A DNA stretch of 63,840 nt, counting the filler, from Octopus bimaculoides (Eukaryota), in assembly GCF_001194135.2 (NCBI RefSeq). It is 5 parts of 5 records of this genome, joined end to end, with 100 filler letters (N's around TTAATTAATTAA, not from the genome) between each part and the next. Parts side by side here need not be neighbours in the genome. Positions count along the whole stretch, not along the records: positions 1 to 13,588 come from NC_068981.1; 4 more parts are not named here. One strand, written 5' to 3'. Position numbers and translations under genes: made by a program. This document shows positions 1-13,012 of the stretch, piece after piece; the stretch's first letter is position 1; every line of letters begins with the position of its first letter. The notes under the pieces are model-generated. The model did no database searches and was not told where the DNA came from. It saw only the letters and a list, made by a program, of their open reading frames with translations.

Positions 1-89
1 CATACACTCTCTCTTTCCTTTCCCGAGCGTCCAATAACACTATCCGTATCACGTCCTCACTTAGTTGTTTTTTTGTTATTGTTTTTTTG

Positions 90-125
<36 letters not shown>

Positions 126-900
126 GGAAATTGTAAAGTATGACTACTATTTTCGGGATGTAGTTTCACCCTTACAGAGACTCAAATGAAATTTAAGGAC
201 TGAAGGCCTCACTTCAGCGTTTTAGTTAAGAACAAGGTATAGGTAATAATTTTTAAAAACTTATAATCGCGATATATTAATACATGTGTGTGCAAATGTT
301 TGCACGTATGGAATTTTCACTGCAAATATTTGCTTGTGTGTGTGTAAGCGTTAGTTTTACCCTTCTTTTATTCAAATATTTAATATTATACCTATTATGG
401 TAGAAGTCTTGCTAACCACCTCGTTATTACTGTTTTTAACAGTAATAATGCTTTCATATAGTTGCTTTTTTATTGTTTACGATAGTTTTCTCTATAAACG
501 GAGCGGGACGTTTAAAGTTCGAAACGCACACGAGTTAACGTAGTGAATATTTTGGAAATAGATGTTACTATCACCAACTGAAGATTGCAAAGCATGAAAT
601 CAATTGATATTGGGGTATGTAAACTATGTTCAAATTCCTTCCTGAAGGTGGGCCTATTTTATAAGGTGTTCATTGCGTTGCTTGTGTGTGTATTCATCGT
701 AGGATTGATGGTTTTTAAAGCTTTCACTTTCATCTTTGGCAAACGGTACCTTTACCCTCCTTTTATTCAAATATTTAATATTATACCTATTAAGGTAGAA
801 GTCTTGCTAACCACCTCATTATTACTGTTTTTAACAGTAATAATGCTTTTATATGTGTGTGTGTGTGTGTGTGTGTATTTGGTGGAGGGGCATTTCACAA

Positions 901-985
<85 letters not shown>

Positions 986-1509
986 GCGGTGCTCCAGCAT
1001 GACCACAGCCTAATTGCTGAAACGAATAAAAGAATAAATATATGGACAAACTGGCAGTACGTTATGTTCTGTCTGTGTTTTTCGCTCTCTCACTACCCAC
1101 CACACACACCAGCATCAACACACCCACCATCCACTCAGAAATCAATACAAACAGCGCCATTACCAACCCACCAATTTCTTAATGACCAACAACGACAGTA
1201 ACAATAGCGTGAACAAGATAAGCAACTCCATCGAAAATAAAAGACAATCACATAAGGTAATTTGGTACCGTAGTGTATTTTAAAAGCTCGATGAATTGTC
1301 TTTGATCTTTAATCAATGAAGATTGACTTGAAACTGAACAACAACAATGCTATTTACAAGAACATGACCGCAGTCGCTACAAACAATAGTCCTACTATCA
1401 CCAAAACCAATACAGGAAACCCACTAACTTTTTAATAAACAACTGTAATAACAATAACATCGATACGATAGTAATACCTGTAGCTACATATGTTGTATGT
1501 TAACGAACC

Positions 1510-1594
<85 letters not shown>

Positions 1595-1879
1595 TAGAGT
1601 GTGGAGTTTCCATGTATTAGGTCAGAAGTGCAAGCAGCGAAGTGCCCGTGAACCTGGGAACCCTTCAACTAACTATGCAGTACTCCATCTCACCTCACTC
1701 TTTCAGTCTTTTTTCTTCTCATTTCTATTCTTACATCCATAAGAATTAGACTTCAATTTTTCTTCCCACACAAAACGGTTCTATCTTGATGCTATTTATT
1801 TTTACTACATATCTTTTGCGGATAATTGTTGATCATCGCAGCTGCTGGATTTCCCTACAATTCAAGATATCTGAAAAGT

Positions 1880-3400
1880 AGCCATCAAATGGAACAGAAG
1901 GCAGTTCTGTAAAAAAGAACCGTAAAAAGATTACACTGGATATCTTGATGCTATATAAAAAAAATGTTTGATGCGGCGGGGGAAAAAAATATAAACCGCA
2001 CTACCAAAGCATTAAAGCTTGTAACGTCTACAGGAAGGGCAATACTTAACAACAGAGTTATGTCAAGTGCTCAAGAAGCTACTCCGTTAACTGTTCCAAC
2101 TTTGTGATACTTAAAATAGAACAGCTCTTGTGTGTACGAATCTAGTATCAAATTCGAGGTAATCTTCCCACAAACACGATGATAATTGAAAAAGAAGAAA
2201 AACAGAAAAAGAAAGAGTCAAAAGTTTGTATGACAAGTTGCAGAAAAAGGAAGGAGAAACTTCCAATAAAAAAAATCTTTTCTGGCTGGTTTGGAAGGTT
2301 TAAGAAGCGCTTGAATTTGCACAACATAAAGATGACTCGTGAAGCTGGAGTGCTGAAAAAGTGCTACAAAATATCCTGAGCAGCTGCAAAATAAATGTTT
2401 TTGTCAAAAGTGATTATTCAGCACAGTCACTACACAGTGTTGGGCAAAAAGTACTTTTCTAGAAGCTAGAACTTACATTTCTCAAAAAGAAAAATCAACG
2501 CCAGAATTTAAAGCTTTCCAATATTTTACAAGCATTTCTTGACCTGCTGTAGAAAGATGTGCTACACATATTTTCAGAAAAAAGTATTACTCATATTAGG
2601 TGGTGCACAAAGCAGGCGGCGAACTTAAATGAGCCGTCTGATAATGTGAGATTAGAATATTTCCCGAAGGATACAACTTTTTTTGGCTCCAGTCAATAGA
2701 TCGAAAGGAGAAAAACAATCAAACAACTTATGAAAGCGACTGACGAGGAGGATAAACCTAGTTAGACTTATAGAAGTTCAATAAGATGGATTTTGTGTAA
2801 AAGATTTCACTCATAACTCAGAAGTGGATAACGCAGTTGTGTTATGCGTAAAAGCTGCAACGTTGAATGGTGCATGAAAAAATATATGGCTGGACTGTAT
2901 CTGTGAATTTAACAAATTTTCCACAAGCAGAAAGTCTACGTCAAAATTTGAAAGATATTGTGACACTTGCAAATGATGTAGAGTTTGAAGAAGTTATAGA
3001 GGATGATGTGGTAGAGTTGTTAATGCCCCACAAAGAGAGTTTATCTCATCAAGAGCTGATACTGTTAGAACAAAGGCAAGCTGAATATGCAGTGGAGAAC
3101 ACGGAGGTTTCAGAAACTCCATTTAAAATTGACAGCAAAGAATATTTCTATCGGGTTGTCATTTATAGGGAAAATCTGCAAGTTTTTACCTATAATAACC
3201 CTAATCGTGAATACAACATGAAAAAAAAACAAAAAACAAAAAAAGAGGGAGTTTGCAATGAGCTCAATTCCTACAGAGAACTGTATAAAAAAATGACGCG
3301 TCATAAACATCAAATAACTTCGGATGAGTTTTTCGTCCCTCAAGTAGATGGTGTTAAACTAATAAGAAAGAAGATAAATTAATAAGAAAGAAAGATGTTC
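1880..3400 (+). mobile_element. Tigger/pogo-family DNA transposon remnant (frameshifted transposase)
   Basis: CENP-B HTH motif GWFGRFKKRLNLHNIKMT (2179-2379), RTYISQKEKSTPEFKAF near 2490, a PPNTT/QPMD-like segment near 2670, and a C-terminal EEVIEDDVVELLMPHKESLSHQELILLE (2867-3382) typical of Tigger transposases. Confidence 0.85.
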
Positions 3401-3588
3401 CTGATCCCTCTAGTAACTCTCATTCCCTTCCTTCCAACAGTATTCTAAAACTTCTATAGTAAGAACGTACAGTGTTACGATTCTTTTCTATTCCCTAACG
3501 TATTCATTCTCAAAAGTTTTTATATATACATAATGTAATGTATGCGTTTAGAGATTAGGTTCATTCGCAAAACTGGTCGGGTTATCTT

Positions 3589-3970
3589 TCTTTTATTCTT
3601 TTATTTGTTTCAGTCATTTGACTACGGCCATGCTGGAGCACCACCTTTAGTCGAGCAAATCGACCCCAGGACTTATTCTTTGTAAGCCTAGTACTTATTC
3701 TATCGGTCACTTTTGCCGAACCGCTAGGTTACGGGAACGTAAGCACACCACCATCGGCTGTCAAGCGATATTGGGGGACAGACAGACAGACACACACACA
3801 CACACACGACGGGCTTCTTTCAGTTTCCGTCTACCAAATCCACTCGTAAGGCTTTGGTCGGCCCGAGGCTATAGCATAAGACACTCGTCCAAGGTGCCAC
3901 GCAGAGGGACTGAACCCGGAACCATGTGGTTGGGAAGCAAGCTACTTACCACACAATCACTTCTGCGCCT
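3589..3970 (-). mobile_element. Full-length tRNA-derived SINE, family B (CORE-like CCTTGGGCAAGT block, GAATAAAA tail)
   Basis: The reverse strand has A/B-box-like TGTGTGGTAAG...GGGTTCAGTCCC, an internal CA microsatellite and an AAATAAAAGAATAAAAGA tail. The same sequence recurs more than eight times in the window. Confidence 0.85.
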
Positions 3971-4581
3971 GTTTACGGTTGTTTCTTTTCGCCGAAAAAT
4001 ACGTCGTGCGTTCTTCCACGGATCAATCTCCTCTCAGTCATTCTCACGACTAGAATTATCCAAATACTTTGGTCAACGGTTCCCTAGATTTTGCGACCCT
4101 AGTCTTCAATCTGCTAAGCCTAGCGGTAAGTCCGGTGCTGATTCGGAGAAATACATGTGATAAATGAAACCATGTGTATGCTTCTGCAGTTTGCCGGGCT
4201 GATACATGCAGTATACATTTAATATCACCCTTACTAGGTCTGCTTTTAGAAGCTTTACTTATATGTTACTCAACAGAGTAGGGCTCCGCTGGACCAGGTA
4301 CTTGGTAGTCATAGTTTTGCATAACACAAATGTAATAGCTTCTAACTCTAGTTCGGTAGCTAGCAAAGGCAGCCTTGTACTGAGTTGCCTGGTGGTTATA
4401 ATTTGCTTTACATTCAATGTCATTTATAAAGCTCTTACCTAGATCCTGTGTATAATATGTGTGTTCATGTAAGTGTTCTCGCACGCGTGTATGGGTGTGT
4501 ATAGATAACGTATGAGGAATAAGTCTACGTATGTGTGTATATGTACAAATACAATATATAGACAAACTGGCAGCACACATG

Positions 4582-4727
4582 CACCAGCGTAGCTAGAGTG
4601 TGTGCCGCTCGGGGCGGCCCTTCCGTTTGCCTTCCCCCCGGATCCCACAGAAAGCACATTGCTTACAGCAGACTCAAAAGTGCCGCCCGGAGCGGACCAT
4701 CCCTACCGCCCCCCAGCTACGCTAGTG
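4582..4727. mobile_element. 146-bp GC-rich MITE with 13-bp TIRs and 8-bp TSD
   Basis: Left CACCAGCGTAGCT, right AGCTACGCTAGTG (12/13 complementary). Flanks are CACACATG (4574-4581) and CATACATG (4728-4735). Confidence 0.7.
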
Positions 4728-4770
4728 CATACATGCACACTCACACTAGATAGATAGATAGATAGATAGG

Positions 4771-4803
<33 letters not shown>

Positions 4804-4808
4804 GGATG

Positions 4809-4853
<45 letters not shown>

Positions 4854-6039
4854 GTAAAGTGGTAGATAAATACTGGCTGCATCATGAAAACAAATGGTCA
4901 GTAAAAACATATTTAAAATCTGTAATCTAGTCAGCCGATAGAACAATAAAACAACAGTGTGTGTGTGTGTGTGTGTGTGTTGCTCAATAAATCTCAGAAA
5001 GCCTAACTTGAAGTCAGTCACTCTACCCGTGTATAACTTTGATTCTGTTACAGCGTTATGTTCTATCAGTAAATATTTTTGTTGTTTATTAATTTAACAG
5101 TAATATATGTATGCGTGTACTGTATAAACATACACGCGCGTGAGAGAGTTTTCTTCTGTTATAATGTCTCATTCACATCTAACGTGTTTTATAAGAATGT
5201 TAAATTGAATCAGCAATTGATTGGTACTTTATTTTATCGTCCCTAGAAGAATGTAAAAGGAATTTCAGTTCGGCAGGACTTGAACACAAAATGCAAAAGA
5301 TAGTAAGGAAATACTACTTATTTTACTCGTCATTTATTATCGACGAACCAAACGAAGGAGCTGCGAGGACGACTACGCGGTTGCTCAACCTACTAGGTAC
5401 GAACAATAGTCAAATCTCCTTCAAATTACTTTAGCTTTACAGTCTTGGAAAAGAAAACTCATTGGGACGATGCCGTCACTGCTATACGAAGGGATGGAGA
5501 GGCGTTGCTGGAACGCCTCAGGCTGTAGAGCTGCTTAGTGAGGTCTAGACATTCTAGAAAGTGTATAGACATAAGTACTTTCTAATGATTGTGTCTGAAG
5601 TGTTACGTGACCTTAAGAGCACAACTTTTCTTTTGTTATATACACACTCGAAATAAACAGGTATTCATGAATAATGCGTAGCTACTTGTTGCTGTAAAGT
5701 GCACATGCTTTTCTACAACAGATAAATTGAGTTGGAATGTGAGTTGAATGGAACTGATGGCGAATTTGTCTTTAAATGAAGAGTTCACCTGTACTTCACG
5801 GCTTTCGTAATTATCATTCGTTCCCAAACTCCAATAATGATTATGGCTGGCGGGATATGTGGAAATTCTAGGTTTTACAAATATTCTTATTTCTACTTTG
5901 ATGCATAAAATTTATAAATTTTCATAACATTGTTTCATTATGTTAATGATTTTGATTATGTCTTTGACTTCTTTCCGTTGTCACGTTTGTTAAGAGCATA
6001 ACACTAGAACACGTCAAAAGTAGAGTCATATTGATTTCA

Positions 6040-6295
6040 AATTTTGGCACAAGGCCAGCACAAGTAGAGTAATATAAATAATTATTATTTCTAACATAGG
6101 CGCAAAGCCATAAGTTTGGTAGTAGTGGTTGGGGTGAGTTGACTATATCGACCAACTGCTTGAATAGTTGTTTTACCGACTCTCGAAAGGATGAAAGGCA
6201 ATATTGACCTTGGTAGGATTTGAGCTCAGAATGTATAGAGTCGTAACTAAAATTCAAAGGGCTTAGTTTGACGTTATAATGATTCTACAAGACCT
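6040..6295 (-). mobile_element. Degenerate family A SINE
   Basis: Diverged match to the family A core GAAAGGATGAAAGGCAAAGTCGACCTCGGCGGAATTTGAACTCAGA. Another decayed copy lies at about 5220-5300. Confidence 0.55.
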
Positions 6296-6479
6296 ATCGT
6301 TAGACTTTGGTGACTGAGAATACTTCAGAATATTCTGGGTAGCCACTAATTTGTAATAATGCTAAAGCGGAGTTTCGAAATAAGTGTATCGCAGTAAACT
6401 GAGGGTGCACCATTGAATAGAGAATGGGGAAGTGCACCCCACTTAGCGATGGGCATGCTACCAGCTATCTAGCATAGGC

Positions 6480-8660
6480 ACAAAATCAACTACTCAGGAG
6501 TGATGTTATACCTATACTTCTGTATAAGCGTTAAAGGAAAGGTAGATGAGAAATTCAGCTGCTGCGGAAAAGTGTTTTCTAGTTACATCGTGCTTAGAAT
6601 TCACCAAGGGAAGGTGTGTCAGAAGAAAGTGAGTCAACAGCGCAGGTTGAAAAACCAGAAGACGTGTGGCCAGAACCTCCTGGAAAGAAACCATAGCGAG
6701 GGTCATTCCACAGTTGAATCGGAACAGCCAAGAAAAGAGATAGGCGTGAAGAAGCCAAAGTGGCCGAAGGCACATGATGCAGCTAGCTATAAGAAATTCG
6801 ACAACGAGGCAGCAAGAATGACCACCAAATTTAAAGGGGACGACAAGCAAAAGTTCGAGAACTTGGCTGACATAATCTATCGGGAAGGAGAGAAAAGATT
6901 TGGACTTGAAGCAACAGGGAATTGAGAATCATCGACAATGGGCGGACCATCAAGAAAAGAAAGACAGATCGCAAAGATATGAGAAGAGAAAAAAAAACTA
7001 AGAATCAGATGGAGGGATGCAAAGGAAGAGGAAAGCGAAGGTTTAAAACAACTATATGAAGAGATTAAAAAAAAGGCATCGAGGCCAAATAAGAAAGGAA
7101 AGAAGGAAGAACAGAAAAAAGGAGAGAGAGGAAAGAACTATCGTAGTTTTGTAAACAACCTATACCAATATGCTAAACGTTTGTTTACTGAAATTAAGAG
7201 CAGAAGATTAGGTTGCACTAAAGAAGAGCTCGAACACCATTTTAAAGAGACATACAGCGACGCTAATAGGAATAAAGTACTCCCGGAAATGCTCGGGCTG
7301 AAGAAACCACCTGAACCAAGAGTATCATTCGATTTGAGTGACATCAGACGGACAGAAATTGATGAGTTCATTAGAAAAGCAAGAACAAAAAGTTCACCAG
7401 GGTACGACGAAGTTAGCTACAAGGTTTATAAGTATTGCTCGAAATTGCATTTACAACTGTTTGCACTGATAAGGGAAATGTGGAAGAAGAAGGACGTAAC
7501 AGAGCGACGGTGTATAGCTGAAGGTATCTATTTACATACAAAGGAGGTAAAAACACTAGGGCAATTCAGACCCATTTCACTGCTAAATATCGATGGGAAG
7601 ATCATATTTGGAATTATTGCCAGGCGAATCATAAGATTTGTACAGCATAACGGATATGTTAATGAAGCAATCCAGAAGGCAGGGATCCCTGGACGCATAG
7701 AACATGCATTTGCCATCTGGGAAGCTATCAACTGTGCAAAACAACTGAAGAAAAACCTGTACATTGTATGGCTAGATCTTGTCAATGCATATGGATCTGT
7801 CCCACACGCACTAATTCAAGCAGCTATGGACTCCTTTTGGATTCCAGATGTTCAACCAGCAGGGAAGTTCACAACAGAGTGGCTACAGCTAGAAGTAGGT
7901 ATAGCAACTGGATGCACGATATCAGTCATCTTATTTGTGCTAGCCATGGTGATGTTACTAAGATCAACAAACTGTGAGAAATCTGTTACATAGACACCAT
8001 TAAGAGCTTTTATAGACGATATTACTGTATTATCAGATAGTAGAGAAGTAGCAGATTGAACGTTAGGGCGGTTGGACGAACTAATAGGATAAGCGAGAAT
8101 GAAATTCAAAACCAAAATGTCTAGAAGCGTGGCTTTCGTGAAAGGAGTCCAAAAACAAGTGAAATTCAGGATAGGAGGTGAAGATATACTAACGGTGAAA
8201 GAAAAACCAGTAAAGAACATCCAGATGGTACAGAGATCTAGCAACGATAAAAAGCAAAGCAAAGAAACACGATTTAGTGGAACAGGGACTAAATGCAATT
8301 GACAGAAGAACATTACCAGGGAAATTCAAATTCTGGATACTGCAATTTGGACTGTACTCAAGGATAATGTGGCCATTGAAAATGTACGAAATAGCCTTGA
8401 GTAGAATAGAAACGATGGGAGAAAGATGCAGTGTGTTTATCATAAAATAGCTTGGTCTTCCAGAACCACTGAATACAACTGTACTATATGGAAAAACCCG
8501 TGCTGCAACTACCGATGACATCAATCGCCGAAGAATATAAGGCAGAAAAAGGCAAGTACAGTAATGATGCTAAAATATTCGAAAGATCAGAACATCCAAG
8601 AAACCTCACCAAAGGTACGAACAGAGAAGAAATGGAAAGCGGAAGAAGCAATAAACAGCG
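6480..8660 (+). mobile_element. HERO-like (R2-superfamily) non-LTR retrotransposon remnant, 3'-truncated
   Basis: N-terminal CCHC-type finger (SCCGKVFSSYIVLRIHQGKVC), then RT motifs ARTKSSPGYDEVSYKVYK, FRPISLLNIDGKIIFGIIARR, QKAGIPG, VWLDLVNAYGSVPH, GIATGCTISVILFVLAM and a broken FIDDITV. It carries stops, frameshifts and internal deletions, and the REL endonuclease end is missing. Confidence 0.8.
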
Positions 8661-8744
8661 TCCAGTAACACAATATCTGTATCACATCCTCGCGTTGTTG
8701 TTTTTTGTTGTTGTTTTTTTGTCGTTTTTCTTGTTTGAACTCAC

Positions 8745-8807
<63 letters not shown>

Positions 8808-8812
8808 ATATA

Positions 8813-8867
<55 letters not shown>

Positions 8868-9209
8868 CAATATGTATCTGTGCGCACCCACCATTTTTTA
8901 TATGTCCACATTAAAGTCTGATATAATTGTTATCTACGCCATCTAATAGATACTTATTAAAAAAATCATTAAAACAAATATTTTTCTAGAATTTATGACG
9001 AAATAAAGTCACTGTGTAAATTATCCGAATCTCTTTTCACCCTTCTCCGAAATTTTTTTCCCCAACAGATTCTTTTATAATCGTAATATACACCAGGTAT
9101 TTGCAAAAAATTTCGTTATAAAAATATCTATTTTCCTGAAAGTTATAAGGAAACAAAGTCAAAGGGGTTGTATAGGTATGCTCTAGAATGTTCCTGCTTC
9201 AATTCATTC

Positions 9210-9522
9210 ACGTAGAGCGTAACCCCCGAGATTTTGGGGGATCCACACAAGCAAAAATAGTAAACTGGGAATCTACAGTAGTATTTTAAGGGTCCACGAA
9301 AAAATGCTGCTTTAGGTGTATTTATTGCAAGAAACAGCTAGGTTTCTTTCCTTAACGTTTTACATAGTTCAACCAACACAAGTGAATAAGTAATGAGCAA
9401 AATAGGAATTCTGAAAGAAGTATCTACAAAACTAGTTTATAAATATCGAATGGTTATGGGGTTCACCCGAGTAAAATACAACTCAATGGGGTCTATAGAT
9501 CAAAAATAGTTGAAAACCACTG
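9210..9522 (-). mobile_element. hAT-type MITE, partial; same family as 46006-46718
   Basis: Ends in the TIR GTTGAAAACCACTG. The internal sequence is the reverse complement of parts of the 46.0-46.7 kb element. Confidence 0.6.
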
Positions 9523-9811
9523 TAGAGCATGACTTGAATTTGGTATTGTATTAATTCTGTTGGGAAGAAAGGTTAATTAAATTACATTAAATTCTGGAAT
9601 TTGCTATATTCAGAACACAAATGGACATAACTAAGTTCTTTTAGACATTCTATTATTTCTCCTTTCAAACAATTACAAATAATATTGCATCGATATTTCT
9701 TTGTGTATATGTATCGTTTATCTTTTATTTGTTTCAGTCATTGGACTGCGGCCATGCTGTAGCAGCAAATTGAAGGGTTTAATTTTTCTTTATTCTATGT
9801 CTCTTTTGTTG

Positions 9812-9851
<40 letters not shown>

Positions 9852-10589
9852 ACCAAAGCAGTTTGATTCAAATTCATTGGTACTCTTGAGTTTCAAGCAC
9901 GATGCTAGTCGTCTGATATTTTGAATTTGAATGACAGAAGTTGATTGTTATTACCGTAAGGTGGATTGTGATTGGTTGAGGAAGGCCACGCTGTGTCGTG
10001 GTTTGATGTTGGTATATGGGTAACAGTTACTTCGAAAATGCAGCATGGTGAACAGGAAATTGACCACGTGGAAGACAAGAAATAGACTAGGAGTCGGTCA
10101 GGTTGTTGGGGGGGAGTAGGCAGAGGTGGCATGTGCACGTATATAGTTGTATATTTGGGTGCGTAGACGCGCTCATATAGTTTTTCGTGCATGTGTATAT
10201 TGATGCAAGTGTGCGTATCTGGACATGGGTGCGCACACGCACATCTGCACACACACGCTTGGACGAACACGCACACGTACAAACACCCACACGCATACGA
10301 ACGCATGCACACACATACGCCCATACACACATACATGCGTATTCATTCATATGTACATATGTATATTCGCATGCATGTACGCATGCATACCAGTGTGCAT
10401 GCACGCACGCGTGTGCACATGTGCATTTGTTCGCATACACGCGTAAGTATACACGCGCAAAACAAGTGTTGGGGATTGGTAAGTCTTGGGTTTGGTAAAT
10501 GGCGGCCCTGCTCTTAGAGTTGGTTAGTAGCAGTAACCTTGGTGCAGGCGGTGCAAAGTAGCAGCTGGTGTTAAGGTGGTATGTCCGGG

Positions 10590-11700
10590 TTGTCGGCAGT
10601 CAGAGGCCCGAAATTTGCCAGATAGGCATATCTCTGGTGACAACAATACGATAAATTGTATTTCTTGTTGATGGATACTGCGTGTTGTTGGAGGATATGC
10701 AGTTTTTCGCAGAGGCAGAGCTAGCAGCTGGGGACACCGGATAAATATGGTAGCGCTCTGTCGACAATAGTCCACTTGATGCTGGGTATTTCACCTTGGA
10801 AATCATAGACTCTCCAGAGAAAACGAGACAGAGAAGTAGAGCTCTCTCTATCCCTGGATCTGAACGAGTGCATATTCTGAGAGTATCTTCCCTTGAAGTC
10901 ATTAGCTGTCATACCTGTATAGTACCTAGTAATGCCATCAGATGGTGTAAGGGTGGCTCTGGATACTACAGTCCTTGGGAGACAAGATCCTTCTAAAAGG
11001 CACATGGTGGGTTGCGGAAGTTCCAGGTTGGAGTTGAAAGCGGTGTGGGTGTATTTTTACGTCTTTTGATCCGTGCGATGTTGTTTAAGCAGGAGTAGCT
11101 CACCTTGACATTATGGGTGTTGAAGAGTTTGTAATACTTATGGCCTCTGGGGAAGTGGTTCTTAATTAACAATAGGAAACCCCTAGCTACGTTTGTTTAT
11201 TTTCGTAAGCCCACCCTGTATTGTTTTGTTTGCTCGAGCCCTAATTCTAAGCAAATCATGCGGGTGCTGCCAATATACGAAGTTTACAGTCTTATCGTTA
11301 AAGGCATGAAACTGAGTATTAGAATTTTGGTCGGTAACTGGGGAAAGATTAGGGTCCTTCTGTGTCTGTCATAGGTGTACGTTTTGTAGTATTTAATGCA
11401 TTTTCCATTTATGGAGTAACTGAACGCCACGCATCCCAACTTTGTTAACAGTAAGTCCATATATATTTTTTGCGACTCTATCGTTCTTTCTTTCTATCTC
11501 GTCTTAATATCCCTTTTCTTAAGAGAGTGAAAGTGGTGGCACATGTTTCGTCTGCCAAACAGCAGAGCTGAGCCGTAGATAATAAAATGTGTAAAACTTT
11601 GGCTGGGCTTAAAAGTCATATAAGGGCATCACATGACATCAATAATGAATCATTTCAGTAAGTCCTTTTGGGCAATGGCTTTTCTCGTGTAACGAGAGTG
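10590..11700 (-). mobile_element. Penelope-like element remnant (RT C-terminus plus GIY-YIG endonuclease)
   Basis: The reverse frames give HFPRGHKYYKLFNTHNVKVSYSCLNNI, then CLLEGSCLPRTVVSRATL...YYTGMTANDFKGRY..MHSF...TSLSRFLW...IKWTIVDRALPY...C*LCLCEKLHIL...CCHQ, the characteristic PLE GIY-YIG region with flanking Cys motifs. Confidence 0.88.
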
Positions 11701-11789
11701 CAGCTATGTTATTTAAAAACATGTGTATATATATATTCTAGTTTTAGCTCAGAGCTGTGGCCATGCTGGGGCACTGCAATTTTGCTACA

Positions 11790-12950
11790 CTGTTATGATT
11801 GAGAGCCTACTCTAATATGTGGCGTTTGGTGAATAAGGGAGTTTGATGTCGCTACCCTCATTTGCACCTCTTGCCATGAGGTAGGTTCATCTGGGATTCT
11901 CAACAGGAAGAGGTTCAGTTTTGATTTGAAAACACATACATCCACTATGCGTAGGTACCTCAGGCTCTTTAGGAGAATATTAAAAAGCTGTGGTCCCCTG
12001 AAATACAAACTGTTGCAGTAACTGGTCCTGAAGCGCGATGGCATTGCTGGGATCTTTGGCACTATGCAGTGCCGTCCCGTTCTGGCAGTGGTGTAGCTTT
12101 CAATGCCAAAATTTGGCACAATTCCTTCCAGGATCTTCCAGATGTATATTACTGCATACCTCTCCCACTTACGCTCCAGGGAGTAGAGTCTTAGCTGTTT
12201 CAACTTTTCCCAGTAACTGAGATGTTGCAATGAGACGATCTTCTTTGTGAAGCTTTACTGGATTGCTTCAAGGTCCGCTGTTAATTTGACACTGTTGGGT
12301 GACCATAGCTGGGAGCAGTAATCCAGGCAGCTGAGGACGAATGTCCTCCAGAGGATCATCATGGTTTCCTTCTCTCTGGTTCTGAACGTTCTCAGGATCC
12401 AACCAGTCGTCTGCACTTTGTCACCATCCTGGTAATGTGCACTTGGAAAGAGGTATCATCACTCAGGTTGATACAATGGTCCCTCACGTATTTAGTCTCT
12501 GGGATTGTAATTCCCTGTGGACCAGTGGACCCTGTAAATTTATATTCAGTTTTGGATGCTGGTAGTGCAGGACTTGGAACTTTTCAGCATTAAACTGCAT
12601 ATCATTATTCTCAGCCCATCTGTAAATTGAGTTCAACTCATGCTGCAGGTGTGCAACATCACTGGGGTTCTGTATTTCCTGCAAGGCTTTCGTATCATTT
12701 GCATAGCTAGCAAGGGTGGCTATCCAGGCAGCCGAGGGCATATCTGAGAGGGCCACTATGAAAAGCAATGGTTGCAAGACAGTACCCAGTGGAACACTGC
12801 TCACTATTTGTGTTTTCATTGAGGTGACTCCATTAGCCACTACTGCCTGACTTCTGTCTTTCAGAAGTATAGGTATCACTCAGCAAGTTGCTTTCTTCAT
12901 GGAATGCGATTAGTTTCCCTCTCACTATCCATTCCATGACTTTGCTGATG
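11790..12950 (-). mobile_element. CR1/Jockey-group LINE 3' fragment (RT domains 4-7 and C-terminus)
   Basis: SSVPLGTVLQPLLF (SGVPQG), SYANDT (FADDT), LNSIYRWAENNDMQFNAEKF, and LSYWEKLKQLRLYSLERKWERYAVIYIWKILEG through VATSNSLIHQ. Confidence 0.88.
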
Positions 12951-12973
12951 TGTTAAGTCAGAGAGACACGCCT

Positions 12974-13012
<39 letters not shown>

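Noticed and set aside
6400-6475. Possible HDV-like ribozyme in the HERO leader
   Set aside because: A P1-like helix exists, but there is no P3/L3 pyrimidine loop, no GG for P1.1 and no J4/2 motif on either strand.
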